Positions 25,807 to 36,283 of a stretch of 64,000 nt of DNA are shown piece by piece. The notes beneath the pieces are model-generated. The model searched no databases and was not told the origin of the DNA. It saw only the letters and a list, made by a program, of their open reading frames with translations. Each line of letters opens with the position of its first letter. The stretch's first letter is position 1. The DNA comes from Candidatus Fermentimicrarchaeum limneticum. Its GTDB lineage: Archaea; Micrarchaeota; Micrarchaeia; Burarchaeales; Fermentimicrarchaeaceae. The stretch is from positions 445,470 to 509,469 of the forward strand of contig CP058998.1 in assembly GCA_013426015.1 (NCBI GenBank), written 5' to 3'. Position numbers and translations under genes: made by a program.

Positions 25807-26727
25807 TTGCAGAGGGAAGTCGAGAAGATAAGGAAAGATATAAAGAGGCTCAGGATACAGGGAGCCAGGAATGTTGCAAAGGAAGCGGTTCGGGCAATGG
25901 GCATAATCGCCCGCAAGTCAAAAGCCAAGAGCAGGGAGGAGCTGGTGAACGAGTTGCTGGTTGCAGCGGACGAGCTGGCTTCCGCCAGGCCGACAGAGCC
26001 GATGCTCAGGAATGCGCTCAGGGCGTTGTTTGCAGAAGTCAGGAATAGCACCGGCGGAGTTGAGGAACTGAGGAAGCTTGTCGAAAGAGAGGAGATGGAG
26101 TACTTCAAGAGGATGAGGGAGAACGAGGAGAGAATGGAGGAATACGGCGCAAGGGAGCTTTCCGGAAGTTCAACAGTTCTGACTCACTGCCACAGCAGCT
26201 CTGTGGTTTCGATACTTAAGAGGGTAGACGAGCTGGGCAACGGAATTTCGGTGATATGCACTGAGACCAGGCCTAAGCTGCAGGGCCTCATAACTGCGAA
26301 GCAGCTGAGCAGCGCAGGTGTGAAGGTGACTCTGATAGTGGATTCTGCGGTAAGCCACTTCATCAAGGATGTTGACGCCGTGCTTGTCGGAGCGGATGCG
26401 ATAACCAGCAGGGGCGACCTGGTAAACAAGATAGGCACCGCAGGCATCGCAGTGATAGCACACGAGAACGGAGTGAGCATGTATTCTGCAGCAGAAACGT
26501 TCAAGTTTGACCCTTTGACTCTGTGGGGAGGGATTGAAAAGATAGAGGAGAGGAAGCCGGAAGAGGTAACAAACCCCAAGAAACTGAAGGGGGTTGAGAT
26601 AAGGAATCCGGCCTTTGACGTGACTCCCGCGAGGTATCTGACTGCGTACATAACCGAGATGGGCGTCATACCGCCACAGAGCCTGCTGAATGTAATGTTA
26701 AAGGGAGGTATTGAGAAACTTTACTAG
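25807..26727 (+). CDS. Ribose-1,5-bisphosphate isomerase (eIF2B-like family)
   Basis: IQGA, ARPTEPMLRN, LTHCHSS, ETRP..QG, VGADAI, NKIGT, NPAFDVTP; adjacent to AMP phosphorylase. Confidence 0.9.
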   Translation: MQREVEKIRKDIKRLRIQGARNVAKEAVRAMGIIARKSKAKSREELVNELLVAADELASARPTEPMLRNALRALFAEVRNSTGGVEELRKLVEREEMEYFKRMRENEERMEEYGARELSGSSTVLTHCHSSSVVSILKRVDELGNGISVICTETRPKLQGLITAKQLSSAGVKVTLIVDSAVSHFIKDVDAVLVGADAITSRGDLVNKIGTAGIAVIAHENGVSMYSAAETFKFDPLTLWGGIEKIEERKPEEVTNPKKLKGVEIRNPAFDVTPARYLTAYITEMGVIPPQSLLNVMLKGGIEKLY

Positions 26728-26735
26728 GTGGTTCT

Positions 26736-28256
26736 ATGGTTGAAAAAGGCTACATGCTAAGGGCCAGAATATTCGACATTGAAACAGGGAAGAACATTGT
26801 TGTGCTGAACGAGAGCGAGGCACAGGATATGGACATGTTCATAGGTGACAGGGTCATGCTGAAGATCGGGGACAGAAAATGCACCGCGATTGTGGATGTC
26901 AGCGACACGCTTGTCAAGAGAGGCGAGGTTGTGCTTTTCTCCGACACCTCCTTGGGAATAGGCACGAAGCACGGAGATATGATCGAGATCACCCCCACAA
27001 GCAACCCGGCTTCGATTGAGATAATAAAGAAGAAGATGGACGGCGGTGATTTGTGGGAGGGTGAGATAAAGACTGTCATTAACGAGATTATGGAGAACAA
27101 GCTCAGCGAGACGGAGCTGGCTTCCTTTGTCAGCGCGCTGTACATCCGAGGGCTGAGCAATGATGAAACTATTTACCTGACAAACGCGATTGTCGGTTCC
27201 GGAAGCACTCTTGATCTGGGGGTGCATCCCGTGGTGGACAAGCATTGCTCGGGCGGAGTTGCGGGGAACAGGACGACGATGATTCTGGCTCCGATAATAG
27301 CTGCGGCGGAATTGTACATACCGAAGACGTCTGCAAGGTCAATCACCTCACCTGCCGGAACAGCCGACACAATGGAGGTGCTGGCCCCGGTCACTTTCAA
27401 GCTTGATGAGATGGAGGAGATCGTGCTCAAAACCCACGGATGCATTGTGTGGGGAGGCGCAATGGACCTGGCCGCAGCTGACGACAAGCTGATAAGGATA
27501 AGGAATTCGATGAGGCTGGACCCGAAGGGCGTCCTGCTGGCCAGCATACTCGCGAAGAAGAAGTCCGTGGGAGCGGAATACGTGGTGATAGACATACCAG
27601 TCGGAAGAGGAGCGAAGGTGGAGGACAGCAGGGTTGCCAAGGGGCTTGCCAAGGATTTCCTCGAGATTGGCGAGAAGCTGGGGATGAAGATAGAATGCTA
27701 CATAACCGTTGGGAACGGTCCGATAGGAAATGGGATGGGCCCGGCTCTTGAGGCAAGGGACGTCCTGAAAGTTCTGCAGGGGGAGGGCCCTTACGACCTT
27801 ACCGAGAAGTCCCTGCTGCTTGCAGGTGCTCTTCTTGAGCTGTGCGGCAAGGTTGAGAAGGGGAGAGGTTACGCAGTCGCAAGCGATATCCTGAAGTCTG
27901 GAAAGGCCCTGGAGAAGATGAGGGAGATAATAGGCGCGCAGGGGGGCAATCCCAAAGTCAGGGTGGAGGACATACCGATAGGCAGTTACAAGTCAGAGGT
28001 CAAGGCGCAGAAGGAGGGCAGGATACACCACGTTGACAACAGGATGATATCAAGAATCGCAAGGGCTGCGGGCGCGCCGAAGAACAAGGGGGCAGGAGTG
28101 CTGATGCACGTGAAGCAGGGTGACAAGGTGAAGGTCGGTGACGTTCTGTTTGATATAATCGCTGAGAGCGAAACGAAGCTGAGCATGGCGCTTGAGGTTG
28201 CAGGCCAGCTTGAGGCAGTGGAGATGGAGAAGGTCATACTGAGCAAGATGGAGTGA
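26736..28256 (+). CDS. AMP phosphorylase
   Basis: DKHCSGGVAGNRTT, PKTSARSITSPAGTAD.MEVLA, WGGA..LAAADD; N-terminal extra domain. Confidence 0.93.
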   Translation: MVEKGYMLRARIFDIETGKNIVVLNESEAQDMDMFIGDRVMLKIGDRKCTAIVDVSDTLVKRGEVVLFSDTSLGIGTKHGDMIEITPTSNPASIEIIKKKMDGGDLWEGEIKTVINEIMENKLSETELASFVSALYIRGLSNDETIYLTNAIVGSGSTLDLGVHPVVDKHCSGGVAGNRTTMILAPIIAAAELYIPKTSARSITSPAGTADTMEVLAPVTFKLDEMEEIVLKTHGCIVWGGAMDLAAADDKLIRIRNSMRLDPKGVLLASILAKKKSVGAEYVVIDIPVGRGAKVEDSRVAKGLAKDFLEIGEKLGMKIECYITVGNGPIGNGMGPALEARDVLKVLQGEGPYDLTEKSLLLAGALLELCGKVEKGRGYAVASDILKSGKALEKMREIIGAQGGNPKVRVEDIPIGSYKSEVKAQKEGRIHHVDNRMISRIARAAGAPKNKGAGVLMHVKQGDKVKVGDVLFDIIAESETKLSMALEVAGQLEAVEMEKVILSKME

Positions 28257-28260
28257 TTGG

Positions 28261-29202
28261 ATGAGGAAGCCTCTTGGAAGGAAAGTAGTTGACATGAAGC
28301 TGAAGGAGAACATGGGAGCTGCCGAGCTTGTGGAGGAGATGAGGAATGCTGGGGGATTCACAGCCCGCCATCTTGCGGTTGGAGCAGGCATCCTCGAGGA
28401 CATGCTAGGCGACAAAGAGTGCACAAACTTCCTTTCTTTCCCTGCGTGCATTGTTGCAACCGGTCTGAGGGGCGTTCTTGCGCAGTTTGTGAAGGAGTTT
28501 GACGTAGTAATCACAACAGGAGGCACATTCGACCATGATCTGGCAAGGGCGTGGGGAGGCAGATACTTCCACGGCAGCTTTGAGCTTGATGACGAAATGC
28601 TGCACCGGATGGGTTTGAACAGGCTTGGGAATGTGCTTATCCCAAATTCAAGCTACGGGGTGCTGCTGGAGAGAAAGATGCTCCCGATATTAAAGGAACT
28701 TTCAAAAGAGAAGGAGGAGTGGAGCAGCAGGGAGCTTGCACACGAGTTTGGCAGGAGGGTTGAGGATGAGAATTCAATCCTGTACCAGGCCGCGAAGCAC
28801 AAAATCCCTATATACTGCCCTGGCATACTGGATGCCGCTTTTGGGACAAACCTTGTTATTTTCTCACAGGACAACAAGTTCAAGCTCAATCTGATGAAGG
28901 ATGAGAAGGAGTTGAGCGACATCGTCTTTGACAGCAGGAGGAGAGGTGCTTTAATGATTGGTGGAGGAATTTCAAAGCACCACACAATCTGGTGGAACCA
29001 GTTCAAGGGCGGGCTGGATTATGCGGTGTACATAACCACCGCAACAGCCTATGACGGCAGTTTGAGCGGTGCAAGGCTGAGGGAGGCAATATCGTGGGGA
29101 AAGGTTAAGGAGAAGGCGAAGCAGGTCACAATAGACGGGGATGCAACTGTGATACTTCCTTTAATGCTTGCTGCTTTGAGAAAGAGAAAATATAAAAATT
29201 AG
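28261..29202 (+). CDS. dys: Deoxyhypusine synthase
   Basis: GGFTA, IGGGISKHH, DGSLSGA..REAISWGK, GDATV.LPL. Confidence 0.95.
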   Translation: MRKPLGRKVVDMKLKENMGAAELVEEMRNAGGFTARHLAVGAGILEDMLGDKECTNFLSFPACIVATGLRGVLAQFVKEFDVVITTGGTFDHDLARAWGGRYFHGSFELDDEMLHRMGLNRLGNVLIPNSSYGVLLERKMLPILKELSKEKEEWSSRELAHEFGRRVEDENSILYQAAKHKIPIYCPGILDAAFGTNLVIFSQDNKFKLNLMKDEKELSDIVFDSRRRGALMIGGGISKHHTIWWNQFKGGLDYAVYITTATAYDGSLSGARLREAISWGKVKEKAKQVTIDGDATVILPLMLAALRKRKYKN

Positions 29203-29233
29203 TAAGTCTAATAAAAAAGGGAGAGGTGAAGAG

Positions 29234-29527
29234 ATGAAAATTTCAGAGCTCAAACCAGGAACAGGCAATGCTACCATAGAACTTGCAGAGGTAACTGCGA
29301 TTGAAGAGCCGCGCGACGTGCTGACAAGGTTCGGCAAGAAGACGAGGGTTGCAAATGCAACCATAAAGGATGAGAGCGGAGAGATAACTCTTTCTCTTTG
29401 GGGCGACGACATAAACAGGATAGCCATAGGGGACAAGATAAAGATAGAGAACGGCTGGGTTTCGGAGTTCAGGGGCTCCCCGCAGATATCCGCAGGGAAG
29501 TACGGCAAGATAACAAAGGTGGAGTGA
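29234..29527 (+). CDS. ssb: Single OB-fold ssDNA-binding protein
   Basis: KISELKPG, VANATIKDESGEI.LSLW, IENG.V.EFRG..Q. Confidence 0.88.
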   Translation: MKISELKPGTGNATIELAEVTAIEEPRDVLTRFGKKTRVANATIKDESGEITLSLWGDDINRIAIGDKIKIENGWVSEFRGSPQISAGKYGKITKVE

Positions 29528-29598
29528 GCCCAGCAAAGCATTAAATATCACAAGGCGGATTAAAAGTAGCTGTACAAAAGCCACTAGGTGAGGGAAGC

Positions 29599-31380
29599 AT
29601 GGCAAGAAAGAAGCTGATATCCGCCGAGCTCATAACCACGTATGCATGGGTGATATGGCTCGTGCTGATGCTGCTCGCGGTTCTCTATTACTTTGGGTTC
29701 TTTGTTACCACACCCAACAATTACCGGGAATGCGTACCGGAGACCGACGGATGGCAGGTCACGTACAGCACTCTGTGCGAAAATATGACAATCATAATGA
29801 ACGGTAATCTGACCATTACAAGCGGTGGCTCACTCATACTGAGGAATACGACCCTGATAATGAACGGCAGCAAAGACGGCCAGCTTGCCATAGAGGTCCG
29901 CCCTAGGGGGGAGATGAGAGTGCTTGACAACGACAACAACAGTACAACAACCTGGGACAGAAGCAGAGTAATGAACGGGGACAACGCGTCGGCAAACTTC
30001 ATTTTCTTCGTGCACGCGGATTCGAAGTTTGAGATGAGGAATTCCGAGCTGTCAAACGCGGGCTACCGATTGTATGATACAACCAAAGGTCTGAACATAG
30101 CTGGCAATGGTGCCATCATAAGCGGGAATGTAATCAAGGGGAACGTTTACGGCCTGATAATAAGCGGAGCTGAAATAAAGGTTATCAACAACACGATATC
30201 AGACAGCCTTTACGGCATATACGTGGGGAGCTCGGCGTCCAGCATCCGCATTGAGTCCAATTCAATCCTGAAAAATAATGTGGGGGTGTACCTGGCCCCC
30301 CGTTCCTCCCGTGTGGAGATTGTTGGGAATATGATAGCCGAGAACCACGGCACGGGCGTATTCCTGGAAGATTCCGCGAACAACTCGATTATAAGGAACA
30401 CTGATGTCAGGAACGACAGGGGGGTGTACCTGAATAACTCTGCATCCAACCTGATAGAGGGCAACACCATCTCCGGGAACAGCAATGGCATTGTTGTAGA
30501 GTCATCGGGGTACAATACGATAAGGACAAACGACATTACATCAAATTCGCTGTACGGCCTACTCCTTGCATCGTCAAACAACAACACGGTGGCAACCAAC
30601 AGCATACGCGACTGCTTCCAGTGCATCACGCTGCAGATGTCAAACGGAAACAGGTTCTTGGACAACTCGATTGCTGACGGCAAGAATGCGATGAGCTTCT
30701 TCTACTCGAACTTCAATGATATAAAGGGGAACAACGTGACGAAGAATCTGCAGAGCATTGTTCTGCAGAACTCTGAAAGCAACTCAGTATCGAAGAACAA
30801 ACTGGTCGAGAACAGCAACGGCATCGGGCTTATGAACTCAACCTCAAACTATGTGGGTTCAAACAGTGTTTCAAAAAGCAGCTATGGGGTATGGCTTTAC
30901 TCATCACATCTCAACTCCGTTGTGGATAATGACCTGACTCAGAATGTTCAGGGGCTGTGGTTCCACTTCGCTTATAAAAACAATGCAACTGATAACACGA
31001 TGAAAGGGAATAACGTCAGCATTGTCCTGAGCTCTTCGGTAGGCAATAATATCTATCTCAACTCCATGGAGGGGGGCACCCAGTACGGGATAGATATCTA
31101 CAATTCTTCCTCAAACAAGATTTGGGAGAACAGGATTGCTTCGAATGGTGGTGGAGTGCGAACAAGCATCTCGATTTCAAACGAGTTCAAAAAGAATGAT
31201 ATTGAGAACAACGGGAATGACGGGGTTTATTTCGAATCATCAACAGACATCTTCACTGCAAACACTGTGAAGGGGCACGCGCAGTACGGTGTTTACTGCT
31301 ATAACTCCAATCCAACGTTCGCAGGCAATTTTATATTGAACAACGGCAACAACTGCGACGGCTGCGCGGGTTGCAACTAG
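29599..31380 (+). CDS. Right-handed beta-helix (NosD/CASH-like) surface protein
   Basis: Many N.I..N...N..GI.L..S repeats; N-terminal TM resembling a degenerate class III signal. Confidence 0.85.
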   Translation: MARKKLISAELITTYAWVIWLVLMLLAVLYYFGFFVTTPNNYRECVPETDGWQVTYSTLCENMTIIMNGNLTITSGGSLILRNTTLIMNGSKDGQLAIEVRPRGEMRVLDNDNNSTTTWDRSRVMNGDNASANFIFFVHADSKFEMRNSELSNAGYRLYDTTKGLNIAGNGAIISGNVIKGNVYGLIISGAEIKVINNTISDSLYGIYVGSSASSIRIESNSILKNNVGVYLAPRSSRVEIVGNMIAENHGTGVFLEDSANNSIIRNTDVRNDRGVYLNNSASNLIEGNTISGNSNGIVVESSGYNTIRTNDITSNSLYGLLLASSNNNTVATNSIRDCFQCITLQMSNGNRFLDNSIADGKNAMSFFYSNFNDIKGNNVTKNLQSIVLQNSESNSVSKNKLVENSNGIGLMNSTSNYVGSNSVSKSSYGVWLYSSHLNSVVDNDLTQNVQGLWFHFAYKNNATDNTMKGNNVSIVLSSSVGNNIYLNSMEGGTQYGIDIYNSSSNKIWENRIASNGGGVRTSISISNEFKKNDIENNGNDGVYFESSTDIFTANTVKGHAQYGVYCYNSNPTFAGNFILNNGNNCDGCAGCN

Positions 31381-31383
31381 GGT

Positions 31384-31908
31384 TCACCAAGGGACGCTCT
31401 TGAGACCAATCCTGTTTGCTATTATGTTGCTTGCGACATGCAGCAGGTAAGTCAGCACGAGCAGCAGGATTATCACTTCTGTTGTGATCAAGCCTTCCGG
31501 CACGTATTGGTAGGAAAAGAGCAGCGCAAAAACCAGGAAGGAAAGCTGGTCGAGTATGAGCGAGGGATGACCTCTCTTCATCCTCATCCTTCTCTTTATG
31601 AAGCTGCCTGCGAGGTCCCCCAGCATTGTCCCAAGGGATAACACAAAACCCAGAGGCAGGTAATTCAGGTAACAGACCGAAGCAGGAAGCAGCACAAGGG
31701 AGCACATCTGCCATTCCACAATTCCGGTGATGCTGCCGAAAGAGAGTCCCGCGAGAAGGCCTTTCCAGGTTTTCCCGTCTCCGAGTATCCTCTCACCATC
31801 CACGAATTTTTTCCTGAGGTCGACCGGCAGCCCGCCTCCGAAGACTACGGGAGTTGCATTGGCGACGTATGCGGGAAGGATGAACAGGAGTATGGGAGCC
31901 AGATCCAT
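31384..31908 (-). CDS. carS: CDP-archaeol synthase
   Basis: LPAYVANATPV.FGGG.P.D, LGDGKTW.G, GDLAGSFIKRR, LDQL.F, GLK.VPW. Confidence 0.93.
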   Translation of the reverse strand: MDLAPILLFILPAYVANATPVVFGGGLPVDLRKKFVDGERILGDGKTWKGLLAGLSFGSITGIVEWQMCSLVLLPASVCYLNYLPLGFVLSLGTMLGDLAGSFIKRRMRMKRGHPSLILDQLSFLVFALLFSYQYVPEGLITTEVIILLLVLTYLLHVASNIIANRIGLKSVPW

Positions 31909-31952
31909 TCACACCACAATATTTATAAGTTGAGAAAGGTATTTATTAGAAT

Positions 31953-32879
31953 ATGAAGACGAATGAAGTCATTCTTCTGGTTGGGCTGGTTGCCATCGGG
32001 GCAATGATGCTTTTTGCCGCAGTGCTCGTTGCATATTCAATTTACGTTCTTGCATACCCCCAGGACTGCGTTGGGGTGATTGAAGTCCACGGCGTGATAG
32101 GCACGGAGAGTTCCAGCGGAGGGCTTTTCGGCACTCCTACAGTAGGCTCGACCGATATTGTGAGGCAGATTGAAGAAGCCCAGAGCAGGAGCGAAGTCAA
32201 GGCAGTGGTTTTTGAGGTCAACTCCCCTGGAGGCTCCGTCGTGGCGAGCAAGGAGGTATACGAGGCAACCAGGGAGCTGAAGAAGCCGAAGGTATCCTAC
32301 TTCAGGGAGGTCGCTGCTTCAGGCGGCTATTACATATCCGCGGGTTCTGATTACATAGTTTCCGAGCCAGACGCTTTGACTGGAAGCATAGGGGTTGTTT
32401 CAGTATTTGAGGACATGAGCGGGCTGTTCAACAAGTTGGGGATAAACTACACGATATTCAAGTCCGGAGAGCTGAAGGATATGGGGGACCCAAGCAGACC
32501 GCCCACAGAGAAGGAGAAGCAGATCATGCAGTCGATAATTGATGAAATCTTCCAGGAGTTCAAGAAGGTTGTTGAGGAGGGAAGGGGGGATAGGCTTAAC
32601 AAGCAGAAGTTTGAGGAAGTGCTTGATGCAAGGGTGCTGACTGGCAGGCAGGCGATGGGTGTGGGGCTTGTTGATGAGCTTGGCAACAGGGACGAAGCAT
32701 TGAAGGTTGCTGGAAGGCTTGCAAACATGAGCTTCACAAAGGAGCCGCCGGTGTGCAGGATGAGCAGCAGCAACCCGTTTGACCAGATAATCAGCGAGAT
32801 GGCAGACGGGATTGCCTATAGCATCAGAAGTCTGGTCAACATAGAGGCAGGCAGAAGAGTTGGAGTCAGCTACACCTGA
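31953..32879 (+). CDS. sppA: Signal peptide peptidase SppA (S49)
   Basis: VNSPGGSV, AASGGYYI, TGSIGV, KSG.LKD. Confidence 0.93.
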   Translation: MKTNEVILLVGLVAIGAMMLFAAVLVAYSIYVLAYPQDCVGVIEVHGVIGTESSSGGLFGTPTVGSTDIVRQIEEAQSRSEVKAVVFEVNSPGGSVVASKEVYEATRELKKPKVSYFREVAASGGYYISAGSDYIVSEPDALTGSIGVVSVFEDMSGLFNKLGINYTIFKSGELKDMGDPSRPPTEKEKQIMQSIIDEIFQEFKKVVEEGRGDRLNKQKFEEVLDARVLTGRQAMGVGLVDELGNRDEALKVAGRLANMSFTKEPPVCRMSSSNPFDQIISEMADGIAYSIRSLVNIEAGRRVGVSYT

Positions 32880-32884
32880 GCTAT

Positions 32885-34081
32885 TTATTCATACCTGAGA
32901 GCTTCAACAGGCAGCAGCTTGGCTGCCCGCCTTGCCGGGAAGAAGCCAGCGACTACGCCGACTGTCAGGGAGAACAGCAGGCCGAAGGTGGCAAGCTCCG
33001 GGCTTATGTCAGTTGGGACGCCGAAGTAGTTGAGCACCAGGGTTGTCATGGCTGCAAGGAGAAGCCCCAGAGCACCGCCAACCAGGCCTATAATGCCTGC
33101 TTCGATTAGGAACACCTCAAGCACCATGTTATCCGTGGCTCCTATTGCCTTGAGCACTCCTATCTCCCTTGTCCTTTCTATGACAGACATGAACATTGTG
33201 TTGGCGATGCCTATCCCCCCAACTAGGAGTGCTATCCCAGCTATGCCAGAAAGGAAGAGTTCTAATGTGCCGGTTATAAGGTTAACTCTCTCTGCTATAA
33301 AAGAGGGAGTCATCACTGTAAAATCCTCATTATCCTCACCTACGTGATGCAGCTGTCTCATCTTGATTGTTAGCTGCTCACCAACTTTATCGGTATCATA
33401 TCCTTCCGCTACCAATACCCCGATCTCATCAACTTGATTGGGAAATCTCTGGTTTCCCAAAAACTCCCTTGCATCATCGAGCGGCATAGCGACCATGCTG
33501 CCGGTAGTGGCGGCGAGTCCAGTGCTTTTCTTCGTTATGCCAACAACTCGGAAAGTCGTGTTTCCGATTTTTATTAACTGGTTAAGTCGGACTTTCTCTT
33601 TAAATAAATCATTTGCCAAGTTATAACCTATAACTGCCACGTGTCTTTCATTCTCCTTGAATGGCCGGCCTTCACCAATCTCTATAAGCGAGGTGAATAA
33701 GAAAACATTTGGAGTCCAACCACCTCCCATTGCATTTGCAGTCTCATCCTTGTACTGGACTGGCAGCCTCATAATCTGGAGCTCGTACATGATATCCTGA
33801 ACTCCTGGGATTGCTCTTAAAGCATTTCCATCCTGCGTGGTCAGCTTGCCGGTAGTGCCCCCAAATATGCTCTGTCTCAGGCTCCCAGGACTTATGGTTA
33901 TCCAGTTCCCCCCGAGCATCCCAAGCTGGTCCATTATGAAGGCATTAACTCCCTGAGCAACCGATATGAGGGTGACTATTGCGGCTATGCCTATGACTAT
34001 GCCCAGGATGGTGAGGTAGCTCCTCAGCTTCCTGTTGCTGAGGTTCTTTATCGAGTAATCCAGCAGGTCTAGGTGTTGCAT
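32885..34081 (-). CDS. MacB/FtsX-type ABC permease
   Basis: RS.LTILGIVIGI, LLVGGIGIANTM..SV.ERTREIG..KAIGA, PA.RAAKL.P.EALRYE. Confidence 0.93.
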   Translation of the reverse strand: MQHLDLLDYSIKNLSNRKLRSYLTILGIVIGIAAIVTLISVAQGVNAFIMDQLGMLGGNWITISPGSLRQSIFGGTTGKLTTQDGNALRAIPGVQDIMYELQIMRLPVQYKDETANAMGGGWTPNVFLFTSLIEIGEGRPFKENERHVAVIGYNLANDLFKEKVRLNQLIKIGNTTFRVVGITKKSTGLAATTGSMVAMPLDDAREFLGNQRFPNQVDEIGVLVAEGYDTDKVGEQLTIKMRQLHHVGEDNEDFTVMTPSFIAERVNLITGTLELFLSGIAGIALLVGGIGIANTMFMSVIERTREIGVLKAIGATDNMVLEVFLIEAGIIGLVGGALGLLLAAMTTLVLNYFGVPTDISPELATFGLLFSLTVGVVAGFFPARRAAKLLPVEALRYE

Positions 34082-35599
34082 CTACTTCGCCTTCTTCTTG
34101 AAGTACCTCCTGTACACGAAGTATCCAACTGCCCCCACCACAACAACTATCATGAATATTGAGGCGAGGCCCATGCCCGCTGGTGTCTGCGTCAGGGCTG
34201 CAATGTCTGATGACACGATTTCCAGCATCACGTCCTGTGTTATGTTGTATTCGGTGTTATAAGCATCCTTGCAACGCATGGAAACGTGGAGAGGGTACGT
34301 GCCTGGCTTTAGATCACTCTTGGAATAGGTTGTATATTGCACGCTTGTGTAATCATCTACATTCAGGCTGCCGATGTAGCTTTTTGGGGAGTCCAGTATC
34401 TCAAAATATTCGCTTGTTACTGACACCTCAAGCGCTCTCACGTTTATGTTGCCGGTGTTTGAGAACTGCATCGAAAGCGAATACTTCCCTCCTGGAGATA
34501 TGGGTGCGGGGCTTGTATTCGGGGTTATGGATATCTCGGGGGTACCTCCTACCTCCACACCGACTTGCTTCTGTATTGCGGTCTGCGTCTCTCCGTTTAC
34601 GTTCAGGTAGTTGATTGTTATTGTCAGCGGATAGTAGCCGGCAGGCGCGCTGCCGCTCACACCAATTTCAAACTCCATCTGTTTCTTGGAATCCGGCTGG
34701 ATGAGCTCGGCGTATCTCTCTGACTGGCCCAGTGAAGTGAAGTATGCGGATGTGGAGGAAACCGTAACCTTTGCCGAGTAGGCGTTGCTGTTGCCGTTGT
34801 TGGTTAGGTTAACAAAAAGCTTTGTCTTTTCACCTGGTTCTATGACGCTCTTCTCTGACCTTGCGTCAACAAGGAAGTCAACAGAGCTCTTGACTACATT
34901 GACCGGCGTTATGGTTATTGACGTGTACTGCTCAGCTCCAAGCGGATCTCGGTATGCCACAGCAAGTGGGATGGACTGCACCCCTGATGAAACCGAAGCA
35001 CTTGCAACGATTGGAAGTTTGAAAGACACGTTCTGCCCAGTTGCCAACTCATTTAGTGAGACTTGGGAGATCTGGTCAAAGAAGAAAAATGTGGAATTCA
35101 CTGTCAGCACCACTTTTGATATGCTGCCTCCCTCATTCTTTATCTGCCCGTCGACAGTGAAGCTCTCTCCTGGAGTTATCGGCTTGAGAAGGGTGAATGA
35201 GAAACGGAATATTGGTGGATTGGTTACACTTATCGGTATTGAAAATGTCTTCGTGTAGGAACTGCCTCCCTCTGTCCAGAATGCGTCCAGCTTGAGGTTG
35301 TATATTCCTGGTGTGACACTGTCCTTTATTAGGAAAGGTATTGTGATGACTGTCGAGCCTAGGCTGCCCAGATCACCAAGCTGAACCCTGCTTGAAGTGA
35401 ACGTGAACTGCTCCCCGCCCTGGTATATCACAACGCCGCTGAGGCTTGATGTTGACGGATTGTAGACCGTGATTGAGGCGGAGCCCGTCACACCGGGCTT
35501 CAGCGTGGTCGGCAGAACAGAGTATGCAGTTATCTGCACGTCTGCGGATGCCACTGCAACAAGCGCTAACAGCGCAAGAAACAACGCTTCCTTTCTCAT
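34082..35599 (-). CDS. COG1361-type S-layer-domain surface protein
   Basis: Signal peptide, repeated Ig-like units (PG.Y.L.....Y), C-terminal TM; between ABC ATPase and permease. Confidence 0.8.
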   Translation of the reverse strand: MRKEALFLALLALVAVASADVQITAYSVLPTTLKPGVTGSASITVYNPSTSSLSGVVIYQGGEQFTFTSSRVQLGDLGSLGSTVITIPFLIKDSVTPGIYNLKLDAFWTEGGSSYTKTFSIPISVTNPPIFRFSFTLLKPITPGESFTVDGQIKNEGGSISKVVLTVNSTFFFFDQISQVSLNELATGQNVSFKLPIVASASVSSGVQSIPLAVAYRDPLGAEQYTSITITPVNVVKSSVDFLVDARSEKSVIEPGEKTKLFVNLTNNGNSNAYSAKVTVSSTSAYFTSLGQSERYAELIQPDSKKQMEFEIGVSGSAPAGYYPLTITINYLNVNGETQTAIQKQVGVEVGGTPEISITPNTSPAPISPGGKYSLSMQFSNTGNINVRALEVSVTSEYFEILDSPKSYIGSLNVDDYTSVQYTTYSKSDLKPGTYPLHVSMRCKDAYNTEYNITQDVMLEIVSSDIAALTQTPAGMGLASIFMIVVVVGAVGYFVYRRYFKKKAK

Positions 35600-36282
35600 T
35601 TGACCACCTCGGTTTTTTCAATAAGCCCATCTTTAATATAAACTATCTTCTTAGCATGTCTCGCGATATTTATATCGTGGCTGACTATTACTATCGTATA
35701 ACCTTTCTTATTGAGTTTCATCAGGAGCTTTATTATCTCCTCCCCTGATTTTGAATCCAGATTACCGGTCGGCTCATCAGTGAAAACTATGCGTGGGTCG
35801 TTTGCCAAGGCTCTTGCTATCGCAACCCGCTGCCTCTCCCCTCCGCTGAGCTCTGATGGTTTATGCTCTGCCCTCTCCCCCAGCCCGACAAGCTCCAGCA
35901 ACTCGGCCGACCTCTTTCTCCTATCCTCTGGGGGGAGTCCGTTGAAAATCATGGGCAGCTCAACGTTCTCTACCGCGCTTATCGTGGGGATGAGGAAGAA
36001 GAACTGGAAAACGAACCCTATTTTCTTGCTCCTCACCTCTGCAAGCTCGTTGTCTGTCATGGTTGAGACATCAGTTCCATCTATGTACAGCCTGCCGCTC
36101 GTTGGCTTGTCAAGGCAGCCCATTATGTGAAGGAGCGTGCTCTTGCCGCTCCCTGAAGGGCCCATTATGGAGAGGGAGTCCCCTCTCTTTACAGTGAGGT
36201 CAATGCCTCTAAGCACCTCCAGTTCAACATTGCCCAAGAGGTATTTTTTCTTGAGATTCTCTACCTTTATCACATCATCCAT
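35596..36282 (-). CDS. ABC ATPase (LolD/MacB-type)
   Basis: GPSGSGKST, LSGGERQRVAIARAL, DEPTGNLD. Confidence 0.95.
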   Translation of the reverse strand: MDDVIKVENLKKKYLLGNVELEVLRGIDLTVKRGDSLSIMGPSGSGKSTLLHIMGCLDKPTSGRLYIDGTDVSTMTDNELAEVRSKKIGFVFQFFFLIPTISAVENVELPMIFNGLPPEDRRKRSAELLELVGLGERAEHKPSELSGGERQRVAIARALANDPRIVFTDEPTGNLDSKSGEEIIKLLMKLNKKGYTIVIVSHDINIARHAKKIVYIKDGLIEKTEVVK

Positions 36283-36283
36283 G

